Source: Andalucia godoyi And28 (taxonomy: Eukaryota; Protista; Jakobida). From it: a stretch of 64,000 nucleotides of DNA. The notes under the pieces were generated by a model. That model did no database searches and was not told the origin of the DNA. It saw nothing but the letters and a program-made list of their open reading frames with translations. The position numbers and the translations under genes are program-made. This document shows positions 41,879-52,381 of the stretch, one piece after another. The stretch lies in NCBI GenBank assembly GCA_009859145.1, contig VRVR01000021.1:195507-259506 (forward strand), given 5' to 3'. Every line of letters starts with the position of its first letter. Within the stretch, counting starts at the first letter, position 1.

Positions 41879-44800
41879 ATGTGCAGTAGTGTTGTTCTTG
41901 ATGACATTTTCCAATACTCAAAGGAAGTTACAGAGACGTATCTTCCTTGTGCGTCCCTTGTTCGGTTCGGAAATGCAGCTATTGACGACATTGCAATGGA
42001 CTTGAGTTTGATGAGCGACATTCGAGCCAAGTGGCGGATTTTCCCAGAGGCTCGCGACTTTCAGATGTCGCTGGCTTCCATTGAGGAGGGCCTTCCGTTG
42101 ACGACCCTGGTAGACCCAAAGTGGATCCGAATGCACTTGTCGACTGCGCCGATGGTCAACATTTGTGTGTTTTCATTGGATGCAGACGATGACACTTGGA
42201 GAAAGAATGTGGAGTTCTGCGAAAAGGAGATATTCAGCAAAGCACACGGCTCAAAGTTCATTTTCTTGATCAGGGCTCTTAATGCGCGTGCCGAAGGATC
42301 GTCGAGCATTCCGTCTGCTTCATCGTCAAATACTGCTGGTGTTGCCAAGTCCCCGTCGCTTACGCAAGGGATCAACGTTATTGCTGCATCGGGTGGCCAG
42401 AGTGTCGATAACGCATCTGCACCAACCTCCCCGAGTGCGCCGTCGTCTGCATCGGATGATCGAGTGTCTGAACTCAAGAAGAGATTGGAAGGAGAGTTTC
42501 TGGTAATTCCGATTATCCGACCGAACACGGCAAACCAGACTGCAGTACCGCCATATATGAACAAGGTGGGAAAATGGGTTTCCTCGTTGGTGGAATCTGT
42601 GGGAAAGGACCGCGTGAAGAGCGCCAAGAAAATGGTCTCCGAAGGAAGAACGTTGGATATGGGGTCAATGGTCCGGTACCTATTTGCAGAGGGATTTTGG
42701 AATGAGGTGCGGCGAAAGTACGACTCGGCGTTCAAAAAGTACGAAGAGGCTCATCGGCTGATCCTCCAGTCTTCGGTGCAGGACTACACCGTTCCGCCAA
42801 TGGATGTGCTGTACTGTTCAGAATATCTATCGTTTCGTATTCGCCGGCTCCGCGTTCTCAATTACTACGCAAACATCAGGAACACCCCTTCTTCACAAGA
42901 ACCAAATGCCAAAGTGTACATTGTGAACCAATTTAGAGAGCAGTATCGTTGGTATACATCTCAGCTTCTGTCTTCTGTTGCCGATCTGCTGCGATCTCGC
43001 TTGTTCCTCGCTAGACAATGCTTCTCCTTCGGGAAGATTTTGTGTGAAAAGGTGCTCACAGATATCGTGGTGTCGTATTTTGTGTCCACTGTTGTGGAGT
43101 ACCGTTGCCAACCGGCATTTTATTTTCGTGCAGCGGCGAACCACATGATCGAATCGCAAGCTGTCGCGCTGTTGATTTGTAACCGAAATACGAATGTGCA
43201 ATCGGCCGTGGACGTTCGATCTCTCTCCCTGTCCTTCGCTCCGGAAGTTGCGAAGTCATTTTTGATGGTGATAACCAATCCAGGTAGGAACATTGCTTCT
43301 GATACGCTGGTGACTGAGATTCTCAGTGTTATTGGAAAGCGGCAGTTTTCTGAGAATGTTTTAGGACTTTTGAAGATCCAATTGGACTCCATCCCTGTCC
43401 ACAAACTGAGGCTTCGCTCGGAAATTTTGATGCGCATGGTGGACCAACAGATTGTACTGCACGAATGGATGGAGGCTCTGGAGAAGTTGCGCGAAGTTCG
43501 TCCGATCTTGCGCAAGGATTATTGGCGCTTTGAGACGGTATATCACGTCCAGAAGACATTGTTTTGCGTCCAGCAACTCATCGACAAGGTGTCGCAAATC
43601 CCACAGCAATTGCCGAAGGTGTATGGTTCTGCGTGGCAAGAGTATGTTTTATCGTCGATGGAGGTTGTGTCCAGCGCTTCGCTGCTGCCGTTTGAGGTCC
43701 GCAAGCAGTATTCAGATTCCTTGCTGTCGTTCATGCAAAAGTTTTCGTCGATCGCGAATGTCGTGGAAACCGAACTCTCTGCAAAGCCTTCTCTTGTGCT
43801 GGATCCGTGGACGACAGTCCCTTTGTTTGTTGTCGAGCCTTCGTTTTCTGCATTCTCTGTGCACGTTGGGGACAAACTGCAGTTCAAGGTCAAGCTGACT
43901 GTCCTGCTTCCGCCAGAATGTGTCCGACAACTCCTCTCCGCGGACCTCGCGTCGCATATTTTCCCTTCACTGTCAGCAGAATTTCGAGGAATCCCGTCGT
44001 TGAAGGTCGACTACCACTCTTCAGACATCGATGAGGGTACTGGACTATTGGTTGTCTGCTTTGCATGCGAGGTTCCCACCGTCCTGAAGACGTTCTTGTC
44101 TCTAAAAATGCTGTCAGGAAGCTCTCGCTTTGCGGGGCTTCCGTTGACCTTCGACGCCTCTTGGTATTTCACTTCCGTCGAATGCTATTGCCATATTCAT
44201 TCTGCTCCGTCGCTTCTCGATGTATCTTTTGATTTGCTGGCTTCCAGTGTTGCAGACCGCGTTGTCGATATGAATACCCCGCTCTTTGTGAACGAAGCTT
44301 GCCGAGTACGTGTGACGATACGATCTCCTCGGGAGCACTGCGGTGGTGGTACGTACTCCATTCATTGCTTGTCGCCTGCGGATACTGCCGTTGCGCCGGA
44401 TTTATTGACGCAGTCCTCGAGCTCCATGTTTGGCAACATTCCAACACTGAACCCAGCAACAGGTGACGTGGATCATGTGTTTGAGTTTGTGGTTCGTTCG
44501 ACTGTACCGGGAATGAAGTCATTTAGTTTTGAAGGGGTGTATGCCTCTCCTCGTGATTCAAAGTGCATTCATACATCCTCTCTGAATCTTGTGTTTGCTT
44601 GGCCGTTTGTGGTCGGTGTGGATGTTTTCAAAACCTCGTCGAATTTCTTGAGCACTTTCCCGCCTCTGAGAACTGCTGCGTCATCTTGCTATCTGAACGA
44701 ACCGACTGTCTTTTCTGTGTTTATCAAAAGACCAGATGAAGGGGCCTCTCCTACTTCGAAACCGGATGATTTCGCGCTTCGTGTTTTTGCCGTGGATTGC

Positions 44801-45415
44801 GTTTCTCAAGCGTCTTCTCTTTCCTTGGTTGCCAACGGGACGTCGTCCACTCCTGCACATTCGGTGTCGGAGCACTTTTCAGATGCTGTCCTCTGTGGTT
44901 CCGACTCCTTGCAATCAGCTTTTCTGGGAGTTCCCCACAAGGAAGGTACGATCAGCCCGTTCACGATATCTGTGCACTGTTGCCGCGTGTTTTATTCCTC
45001 TCCTTCCGTGGGAAAGGTCAAGCTTGAAAATGGACATTCTTTTATCCTCACGTTCCGTGCTCCAGAGGTGATCATATTGTCTCGCCCACTGCGAGTGCGG
45101 TTTGCCATTCCCGCAGAAGCGTTGTGTGCGCAGCAATTCGATGTCGTTGCGACGATTGAGAACTTGGCGCAGCAAGAACTATCCATCTCTTTACAGGTTG
45201 ATCCTGTGAACGAGTCGGGCTCCATCGTCGTGCAAGGTGTTCGAATCAAGACTCGAATCCTGGAGCCGTCTTCTTCGATTGTTGAGCGGTTTTCCATGTG
45301 TGCCCTTCAGGCAGGCTGCCTGTCAATTCCGAGCTTCCGCGTGTCGCCTACCGAAAATCTGCAACAGATTATGTACGACTCGAGCAATGATAATCTGAAT
45401 GTCTTTATTCATTAG
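41879..45415 (+). CDS. TRAPPC11: TRAPP III subunit TRAPPC11 (foie gras/gryzun)
   Basis: VRYLFAEGFWNE, QFREQYRW, QPAFYFRAAANH, LRKDYW, C-terminal Ig-like repeats ending ALQAGCLSIPSFRV; the length is appropriate for the family. Confidence 0.75.
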   Translation: MCSSVVLDDIFQYSKEVTETYLPCASLVRFGNAAIDDIAMDLSLMSDIRAKWRIFPEARDFQMSLASIEEGLPLTTLVDPKWIRMHLSTAPMVNICVFSLDADDDTWRKNVEFCEKEIFSKAHGSKFIFLIRALNARAEGSSSIPSASSSNTAGVAKSPSLTQGINVIAASGGQSVDNASAPTSPSAPSSASDDRVSELKKRLEGEFLVIPIIRPNTANQTAVPPYMNKVGKWVSSLVESVGKDRVKSAKKMVSEGRTLDMGSMVRYLFAEGFWNEVRRKYDSAFKKYEEAHRLILQSSVQDYTVPPMDVLYCSEYLSFRIRRLRVLNYYANIRNTPSSQEPNAKVYIVNQFREQYRWYTSQLLSSVADLLRSRLFLARQCFSFGKILCEKVLTDIVVSYFVSTVVEYRCQPAFYFRAAANHMIESQAVALLICNRNTNVQSAVDVRSLSLSFAPEVAKSFLMVITNPGRNIASDTLVTEILSVIGKRQFSENVLGLLKIQLDSIPVHKLRLRSEILMRMVDQQIVLHEWMEALEKLREVRPILRKDYWRFETVYHVQKTLFCVQQLIDKVSQIPQQLPKVYGSAWQEYVLSSMEVVSSASLLPFEVRKQYSDSLLSFMQKFSSIANVVETELSAKPSLVLDPWTTVPLFVVEPSFSAFSVHVGDKLQFKVKLTVLLPPECVRQLLSADLASHIFPSLSAEFRGIPSLKVDYHSSDIDEGTGLLVVCFACEVPTVLKTFLSLKMLSGSSRFAGLPLTFDASWYFTSVECYCHIHSAPSLLDVSFDLLASSVADRVVDMNTPLFVNEACRVRVTIRSPREHCGGGTYSIHCLSPADTAVAPDLLTQSSSSMFGNIPTLNPATGDVDHVFEFVVRSTVPGMKSFSFEGVYASPRDSKCIHTSSLNLVFAWPFVVGVDVFKTSSNFLSTFPPLRTAASSCYLNEPTVFSVFIKRPDEGASPTSKPDDFALRVFAVDCVSQASSLSLVANGTSSTPAHSVSEHFSDAVLCGSDSLQSAFLGVPHKEGTISPFTISVHCCRVFYSSPSVGKVKLENGHSFILTFRAPEVIILSRPLRVRFAIPAEALCAQQFDVVATIENLAQQELSISLQVDPVNESGSIVVQGVRIKTRILEPSSSIVERFSMCALQAGCLSIPSFRVSPTENLQQIMYDSSNDNLNVFIH

Positions 45416-45539
45416 TGGTATTTTCATTATAATAATAAAACCAACTCCCCCCGTCATTTTGTTGTTGACTATATTGAATTATTTTGCTGAAAAAGAAAAA
45501 AAAAGGGGGAAGAGGGGAAGGCGGAGGAGGAAGAAACTA

Positions 45540-46505
45540 CTAAGTACGTCTTGTCTTGGATGCAGAAGTGGGCCGGCTGTCTGGAGATTTCTTGGACCGC
45601 GGTGGAGAAAACGAATCACGACGGGATCTGTGTGTTCTAGGGGAGTACTTCTTGGCCATGTTTTCAGAGGCATCCTCGAGGTACGAGCTCAGGGTCAGGA
45701 AGCCATTCGATTCGAGGAGCTTACCTGCGCTCTTGCATTGCTTGCCAGGTACAAACAAGTCCGCTCCTGGAGAATGCAAAGGCGAAGCAGGGCTCTTCTT
45801 CACGTAAGGGTCTCCAATGTTGCAAGACTGCCCAGCCCTGGTGAGTTGCTTCTCCACATCGGAAACACCACCTCCGGGTCTCCAAGCGTTTCGAGGCAAG
45901 TCCGCCTCTCGAGATGCATACAGATCAATAATCCGTTCCTGCACGATCATCGATCTTGTCCTTTGCAACGGTGAAATGGACCTCATAGACTGCGAGTGCG
46001 CGAACCGTGAAGACCCGTGGGCCAGCGCGGTCTCCTCGCGCGCTGGAACTGATATCTCATTTACTCCGGCAGGCAGCCCCGACGGAGATTTTGGCGACGA
46101 CTTTGACTGCTGTTTTTGTGGAGAAGTACGAGGGGACACGGGAACAGATACATTCTTCAGTCCAGGAAACCGATTTGCAATTCGTGCATCATCGAACAGT
46201 TTCGGAGGGGCCGCTTTCTTCTTGGCGCACTTCTCACAGACTCGTGGGTCTCCATTGTTGTAGCAGAAACACTGGAACAATTCATCTTCCGAAATGCTGC
46301 CCATTGCAGAAACAGGAGACTTTGGCGACATTCGTTCAACCGCCATTTCAAACCGAACAACATCTTCTAGTGCTTCCTTGTATTGCGGAAGAATTCTCTG
46401 ACGCGGTCTCAACGAATCTTCATGCGTCACAAGGTCGCTTTTCCTGCCCGTAAACCTCCCTCGCACAGAACTGTCTCGACTCACGCCAATAAACGACGGG
46501 GACGA

Positions 46506-46508
<3 letters not shown>
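45540..46508 (-). CDS. hypothetical Ser/Pro/Arg-rich protein
   Basis: 322-aa ORF with an ATG after the CT/GA microsatellite. Mostly low complexity, with an IGDPY motif. Confidence 0.65.

Positions 46509-46510
<2 letters not shown>

Positions 46511-46563
<53 letters not shown>
46511..46563. repeat. (TC)n microsatellite
   Basis: Perfect dinucleotide run. Confidence 0.97.
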
Positions 46564-46567
<4 letters not shown>

Positions 46568-46701
46568 GTCTGTCTCTTGTCTCTTTTTATTCTACGTTAT
46601 CCTTGTACTTTATCTATGTGCTTTGCGTATGTGTTTGTTGTCGGGTTTACTTGGGTAACAATTGAAAATTTTTGAATCTAGCTAAAAAATAAATAAATGA
46701 A

Positions 46702-46791
46702 AACCGTTGAATAATGACACGTCATTGTCATGCATATACGGAAGTACGAATAAACAGACACGGTCGATAGTGGCCGACACTAGCACGTTTG
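46702..46791 (+). repeat. dispersed repeat family R2, copy 2
   Basis: AACCGTTGAATAATGACACGTCATTGTCATGCAT...GGCCGACACTAGCACGTTTG matches the reverse complement of 7948-8038. Confidence 0.9.
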
Positions 46792-46944
46792 CTTCACAGG
46801 GAATTCGTGCTTACGCACGCTCGGCCAAAATTCAGCCGGTGACACAGGCTCCGCATTTTCGACACTCTTTAACGCAGCATCCGTAGCCATCTATTCTATC
46901 ATTCGTTGGTTTCACTTTTTTTTGGTTTCACTTTTTTAATTCGC

Positions 46945-47395
46945 ATATGGGCGTGAGTGCGCTAGGATGACGCATTCGCCTGCGCCTACGCCGCTCGATA
47001 CAGGGCCTCCTAGGTCCCGCAGACCTCCTAAGAGACCGCGTGTCACTACGCCTACCGCCTCTTCCTCTCGCATCTCCAGGTGCATCAATCGCTGCAACTG
47101 AGGACACGAAAGCGCCTGCTGCTGCTAGGGCCGTCAGCATCAAAATGCACCCTTCTCAGGAACAACGTGTCTCGCCGAGAAAGTGGCTCACAGAGTGATC
47201 GAGATTGGGAACGGAGCGCGGGACATTTATCTGAAGAACGCCGTGAGGCGTGTTGGGGCCTATCCTCTTCCCGGCAACGGGATGCATGATTGAATATGCA
47301 TGTCTATTCGTAGATATGCATGTTCACCGTATAATGTAGGCGAGCTTTTAAACATCAATCCTCGTTTCGAAAAGCAGCCCCGATTGCTCGGGGAA
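46945..47395 (+). ncRNA. candidate structured non-coding RNA (family unknown); contains R3 copy 2 (47205-47342)
   Basis: Clustered hairpins: ACGCC-GTGA-GGCGT (47238-47251), TCCCG-GCAA-CGGGA (47269-47282), a 16-bp stem with TTCG loop (47291-47326), CCCCGA-TTGC-TCGGGG (47378-47393) and a stem at 46950-46980. No convincing ORF. Confidence 0.4.
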
Positions 47396-47648
47396 ATCTG
47401 GTGGTTGTTCTTGGTTCGCGGCTCAGCCTTTGCAGCCTGTCGCTGTTGTAGTTGCAGCTGGGTCGCATGTCGACGAGTGTCAACATCATTTTGTGGAAAG
47501 GATTCAAATTCCCTCTGTTTCACTTTCGAAGAAACGAAGAAGCAAATCTGTCGGCGGACGATAGTCGGGAATATGCGGGATGAACCAAAGTCAAGCACAC
47601 ACGGAATAATATAGGACAAGCAGACGCGCGGGTCAAGGACAGGGACAG

Positions 47649-48752
47649 ATGCTAGACCTTGATGTTCTTGTGCAGCATGGATCGACGCAGGATGTTGAAT
47701 TCCATGCAAAGTCATCGGGGCCAGAGTCATCGTTGGTGGTGTTGAAAGCCCGCATTCGGCGAGCGTGCGAAGAGGATGTTGGACCCGCATCGCATCTTGT
47801 GCACACCGAGTTTCGCAGAGTGACGGATTTTCATCGTGGGTTTCTGGACATCACGTCGGATGAATACGCGGCAGGATTTATGGGACCGATGATCATGGCA
47901 AGTGCAGATCGTTGCATTTGTCTGGCTGTCGAAACAGATTTTGCATCGTCTGCTGAACGGACGACGGATGGGAAGTGGGAAATGATCGCATTCAACGGTC
48001 TTGATCTTGAAACCGACTTGTATTCTGTGGGGCCGATTGCGGTTGACAAGCGTGTTCAGGCGTTTGGAATCGGAAAGTGGCTCATGAAAACGACTGTGGA
48101 GCTGAGTCGCCATTTGCACGCGCGCAACGCAGCTGCAGATCGCTCCTATCGATGCCGATTGACACAGGATGCGTTCAATGCGGCGACGATTTCCATTTAT
48201 GCGCAGCTGGGATTCCGCGTCGTGGAGCCGCTCGCATTTATGATTTTCGATTTAACCGCGGCCAACATCCAGAGATTGCAGACGAGGCTTGCGGCACAGC
48301 TAGGCGATGCACGATTCCGAGTGGACGATATGCAGTTGTCGGATGTGGACAGTTGCCATGAGCTTGGGATCCGTGTGTTGAGCATGCAGTTCGGTCGAAT
48401 GCTGCATAGCCAACTAGCAGAGGGAAGTATTCCAGGTGCGAGCGTTGTTCGAGACGTACAGGCTGGCCAAGTACTGGGCTGGTCCACGGGAATTACGGAC
48501 ATTGATAAGATCACGATTGCTGCTGATCAGTCGTCATTTCGATATCTCCTTGCACACATGGTTCTTCGTGCGTACTCTACGAAGACGGCACCGACGCGTG
48601 CCATGATTCTCATCCAAACGCGGTTTTTGTGCGACGAGTTTGTGTGGCTGATGGACGGCGGATGGCGGACTGCGAAGCAAAACATGCAGATGGCGATTGG
48701 CGAGTACAACACTCCTCGAGGCTTTGCAACGACGGCCATTCAAGGGTACTGA
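47649..48752 (+). CDS. GNAT-family acetyltransferase, prokaryote-like two-domain type
   Basis: SVGPIAVDKRVQAFGIGKWLM (acetyl-CoA binding Q/RxxGxG motif), RLTQDAFNAATISIYAQLGFRVVEPL, C-terminal MAIGEYNTPRG. Confidence 0.85.
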   Translation: MLDLDVLVQHGSTQDVEFHAKSSGPESSLVVLKARIRRACEEDVGPASHLVHTEFRRVTDFHRGFLDITSDEYAAGFMGPMIMASADRCICLAVETDFASSAERTTDGKWEMIAFNGLDLETDLYSVGPIAVDKRVQAFGIGKWLMKTTVELSRHLHARNAAADRSYRCRLTQDAFNAATISIYAQLGFRVVEPLAFMIFDLTAANIQRLQTRLAAQLGDARFRVDDMQLSDVDSCHELGIRVLSMQFGRMLHSQLAEGSIPGASVVRDVQAGQVLGWSTGITDIDKITIAADQSSFRYLLAHMVLRAYSTKTAPTRAMILIQTRFLCDEFVWLMDGGWRTAKQNMQMAIGEYNTPRGFATTAIQGY

Positions 48753-48872
48753 GCGGTTACGAATGCGGGGGATTTGGTGCTCGGAGAAGACGACGACGAC
48801 AGAAAGAAAGAAAGAAATAAAATGAATGAATGTGATTTACTAATACAGAAACATTGACGAATAGCGCCGAGT

Positions 48873-50168
48873 CTAGAATGAAGGTGGATTGGACTTGATG
48901 TCATCCGCAAGTGTTGATATCGCTGCAATTGTTCCAAGGATCGCCAGCACAACACCAATGACGGTGACAGCGATGTAGTAGAATCTTTTCAAGAACCCCA
49001 AAGTGGCGAATTCGATCTTGACGAAGAACAGCGCGGGGAAAACAAATGTCAAGAACGAGTTGAAGAGCGCCCCGATGAGAGCCAGGAGGTCGCCAAAGAA
49101 CGGAACGACGACCGCAAGCACCACGCAAGTCGCAAAGACCGCCGATCGAAATGCAGTTCTCCAGAGAAAACGGTTGGCCCACGGCCTCTTTCCCTCAATG
49201 GTGAGCAGAACCGGGTTGAGGACCACCGGGCAGATGGACATGACATGTGCAGTGACCGCAGCAATTGCAATGATCGTCAAGGGAGCGCCCTTTTCCATGT
49301 TCAGCACAATCGGTGACGTCGTTTTGCTTCCATACGCGCCATATCCAATCGCAGCCACAAGTGCGTACACGGCCATGATGAAAGCGCTTGCGGAGCGCAT
49401 CGACCAGCCGAACGAGTACGGATTCTTCATAGACGCCACGACCGAAGGAGCCACAGCTTGGACTCCGTACGCCAGACTGACGGATGCCATCGCCATGGGA
49501 ACTCCACGGAACTTGAATACTTCCTGACCAGAGTGGGCATCGTCTCTGCTGATGACCGATGAAGCGTCAATGACAACTGCAATGGACGCAAACAGCGATG
49601 CAAACGCCCCGAGTGCAGTCAGCCAAGGCGAGTCATGGACTTGCCGAATCCACACGGTTGGGAGAACCACTGCGCCGGAAATCATGATCCACACCGCAGT
49701 CGAGGGCATCGTTTGCGAGCTTGAAGCAGCACTCGATGCGATTGCATGCAGATTGACGCCTGAAAGCACAAGAAACAGCGTTGCGACCGCATATAGCGCC
49801 GTTTTGTGCACGCAAAGCACAGCGATTCTGCCGTATTTCCCGTAGGCTTTTTCGCCTATGTCCGCATAAGTAGACAGGTTGTGTTTGAGCAACAGAGCAG
49901 CAATTGCCTCGGTCGTCGAGTTGGACACAATGCACACAAGAGCCATAAGAGGAAGAGTCAGCCATCCAGCCAGCGACACCGCATAAGGAAGAGACAAGAG
50001 ACCACCGCCCATGATGATTCCAACAAGACTCACCGCCGTGCGACTTGTGGACAGATGCGCCACAGCATGAGCATCTTTCGACGGAGAAGAAGAAGACTCG
50101 GATAGCAGTGACCGCGACTCGGATAACAGCGACCGCGACTCGTAATCACTGTTGTTCGAAAGCGACAT
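48873..50168 (-). CDS. amino acid transporter (AAAP/Aa_trans, AVT1-like)
   Basis: IIMGGGLLSLPYAVSLAGW, TYADIGEKAYG, YGAYGS and about 11 hydrophobic segments. Confidence 0.92.
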   Translation of the reverse strand: MSLSNNSDYESRSLLSESRSLLSESSSSPSKDAHAVAHLSTSRTAVSLVGIIMGGGLLSLPYAVSLAGWLTLPLMALVCIVSNSTTEAIAALLLKHNLSTYADIGEKAYGKYGRIAVLCVHKTALYAVATLFLVLSGVNLHAIASSAASSSQTMPSTAVWIMISGAVVLPTVWIRQVHDSPWLTALGAFASLFASIAVVIDASSVISRDDAHSGQEVFKFRGVPMAMASVSLAYGVQAVAPSVVASMKNPYSFGWSMRSASAFIMAVYALVAAIGYGAYGSKTTSPIVLNMEKGAPLTIIAIAAVTAHVMSICPVVLNPVLLTIEGKRPWANRFLWRTAFRSAVFATCVVLAVVVPFFGDLLALIGALFNSFLTFVFPALFFVKIEFATLGFLKRFYYIAVTVIGVVLAILGTIAAISTLADDIKSNPPSF

Positions 50169-50839
50169 TTCTCAAAACCGAAAATGAAAATTAAAAAAGT
50201 AAGTGTGATTATTGTTTGATTTTCTTCTTCTTCTTCTTCTTCTTCTTCTTCTTCTTCTTCTACTTTGTTTCCTTCTTTTTCTGTGTATCTAAATTGTAAA
50301 CGACTTGTGGATGTGTGATCTATACCATTCTGTAGAAAGCTTTCGCAAAATTTAAATATGCAGCAACGGACCACTCACGACAACGATGATGCACCGGCTG
50401 CGAGGTCTGGATTGGCGTTTGTTGTGCGGGCCTTGCGGAAGAATCAAAACAACGCCACTTTGCCCAGCTGAAAGCGTTGGATTACAGTTGGTTTGGAGGG
50501 AGACTTGGCCAACTGGAATGACACTTTTTTTTAATTAAAGTATTTCGGAATTGCGGACTGACACTGCTCATTTTTCTGGGTCTTTTATTTCTTTCGGACT
50601 GACATTGAGTACTGTACACGTCACTCACCACACACCCTTCCATGAAATTGAAGGCATGCAAATATGAATTGTCAACAGAATGCTTGTTATGTCGCCTTTT
50701 CTCACACTCTTGGCTTTTTCCCCATTCTTTCTCTGAAACTCCAGGGCTTTCTGTTGTTTGCATCCCGTCAATCTCCGCTTGCAGTAACGTGACCTCCTTT
50801 GACGAACAGCAAAACAAAACAGATAAAACAGATAGACAC

Positions 50840-50845
<6 letters not shown>

Positions 50846-50916
<71 letters not shown>
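50846..50916. repeat. (GA)n microsatellite, interrupted once
   Basis: Direct inspection; lies just upstream of the carbonic anhydrase ATG. Confidence 0.95.
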
Positions 50917-50920
<4 letters not shown>

Positions 50921-50934
50921 AGAATTGAACGGAA

Positions 50935-52381
50935 ATGTCTCTCCACAACATTTCGTCTTCAAAATCGTTGAATTCTTTCGCAATTGCTGGCTCGCATGCA
51001 CCGAGACCGTCGGTATCTACGGATGAACGCCTCGATTTGACGGATACCACATCGCTGTTGCAGGGGCTGCGACGCGGATTCCAGAAGTTCAGAGAAGGGT
51101 ACTTTGCAGATCACGTGGATCTCTTCCGATGGCTCTCGCTCCATGGCCAGAAACCTCGAGCCATGATGATTTCTTGCTGCGACGTATGTCTCCTGCTCTT
51201 GCTGCCTTCCCCCCTCCGCTTTTTCCTCGTTTCACATTTTCCTCGTTTCATCCCATGCCGTTCAGACGATTAATGCCAATTTTCCCACCCATCTTTAACT
51301 ATTCTGTCATTCCATTTTTCATTTTGTTGATGCATAGAGCCGTGCCGATCCTGGAATTATGTTTTCGTCGCCTCCTGGAGACTTGTTTGCTGTTCGAAAC
51401 GTGGCAAATCTAGTTCCCACGTATGAATTCACGGATTCCGGACATCATGGAACGACTGCTGCGATTGAGTTTGCGGTGAATTTTCTCAAAGTTCGACATA
51501 TCATTGTTATGGGTCACCGTATGTGTGGTGGCGTGAAGGCATTGATGGAAAATCCATGGGAGGATCAGCAAGGCCACGTGCAGCATTCGCAATCTCAGTT
51601 GGCGGGACTTGCGCCGCACACGCATCACCACCACCACAGCCATGCGCACGGATTGGGAACCAGCTACGGGCACAGCAAAGTTGGAAGGCACATCTACGCT
51701 CATGATGATACTGTACAAGCATCGCACTCCCTTATACCAAGCCCGAGCGGATCGTACGGTCATGATCTCACCGCCCTTGGGGTGCCGGAGGCCGTGCCGG
51801 AAGTTTCCATGACGTCCCCCTCTCCTTCCTCTTCGAACTTGAGTAACATTAACCCATTTTCGCTGGGTGCTGCCACGGCGCCGTCGTCACCAGCGACCAA
51901 TATTGCGAATCCCAATTCGACGAGTCCACCCGGCCGGGACGTGTCGACCGCGGAATTGGCATCATTGGCCATCAATGCTGACGGCGAAAAGGAAAAGGTG
52001 TCGCCAAAAGCTGAGCTGCCGAATCATATCGCCAACTGGATGATGATTGCACAGGTGGCGAAGCAACGCACGCTAAAGAAGCATCGGATTCGATCGCTGG
52101 ACCAGGTGCCGAAGAGCGAACGCGATGCGGTCCTGTTCTCTGCGGAGCTCGAATCAGTCCGCCTTTCCATTGAGAATTTGCTCACGTTTCCGTATGTTGC
52201 AGAAGCTGTTCGCAAAGGAGAGTTACACTTGCACGGGATGCATTTTGACTTTACGAACGGGTCCCCGATCCTTCGAGTGCTCAGGCGTGACACGGGCGAG
52301 TTTGTTAGCATCGACGAGATCGAAGAGCTGTGGAGCGATGAGGATGAATACGGAGAAACCGTGTCGCAGTTTGAATTTTGA
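50935..52381 (+). CDS. beta-carbonic anhydrase, 2 exons (50935-51183, 51338-52381), with internal His-rich insertion
   Basis: A 154-nt GTATGT...CATAG phase-0 intron joins ISCCD to SRADP (Zn ligand CxDSR). Also PGDLFAVRNVANLVP, AAIEFAV, GHRMCGGV (HxxC) and SIENLLTFP...GELHLHG. Confidence 0.93.

Noticed and set aside
47196-47222. SRP helix-8-like TTG-GGAA-CGGAGC
   Set aside because: The conserved CAGG/AGCAG symmetric loop is absent, and there is no Alu domain or long helix 5.
47231-47256. Hammerhead-like CTGAAGA plus stem II
   Set aside because: The required GAAA after stem II is GTTG. The other CTGAGGA (47098) lacks a stem II.
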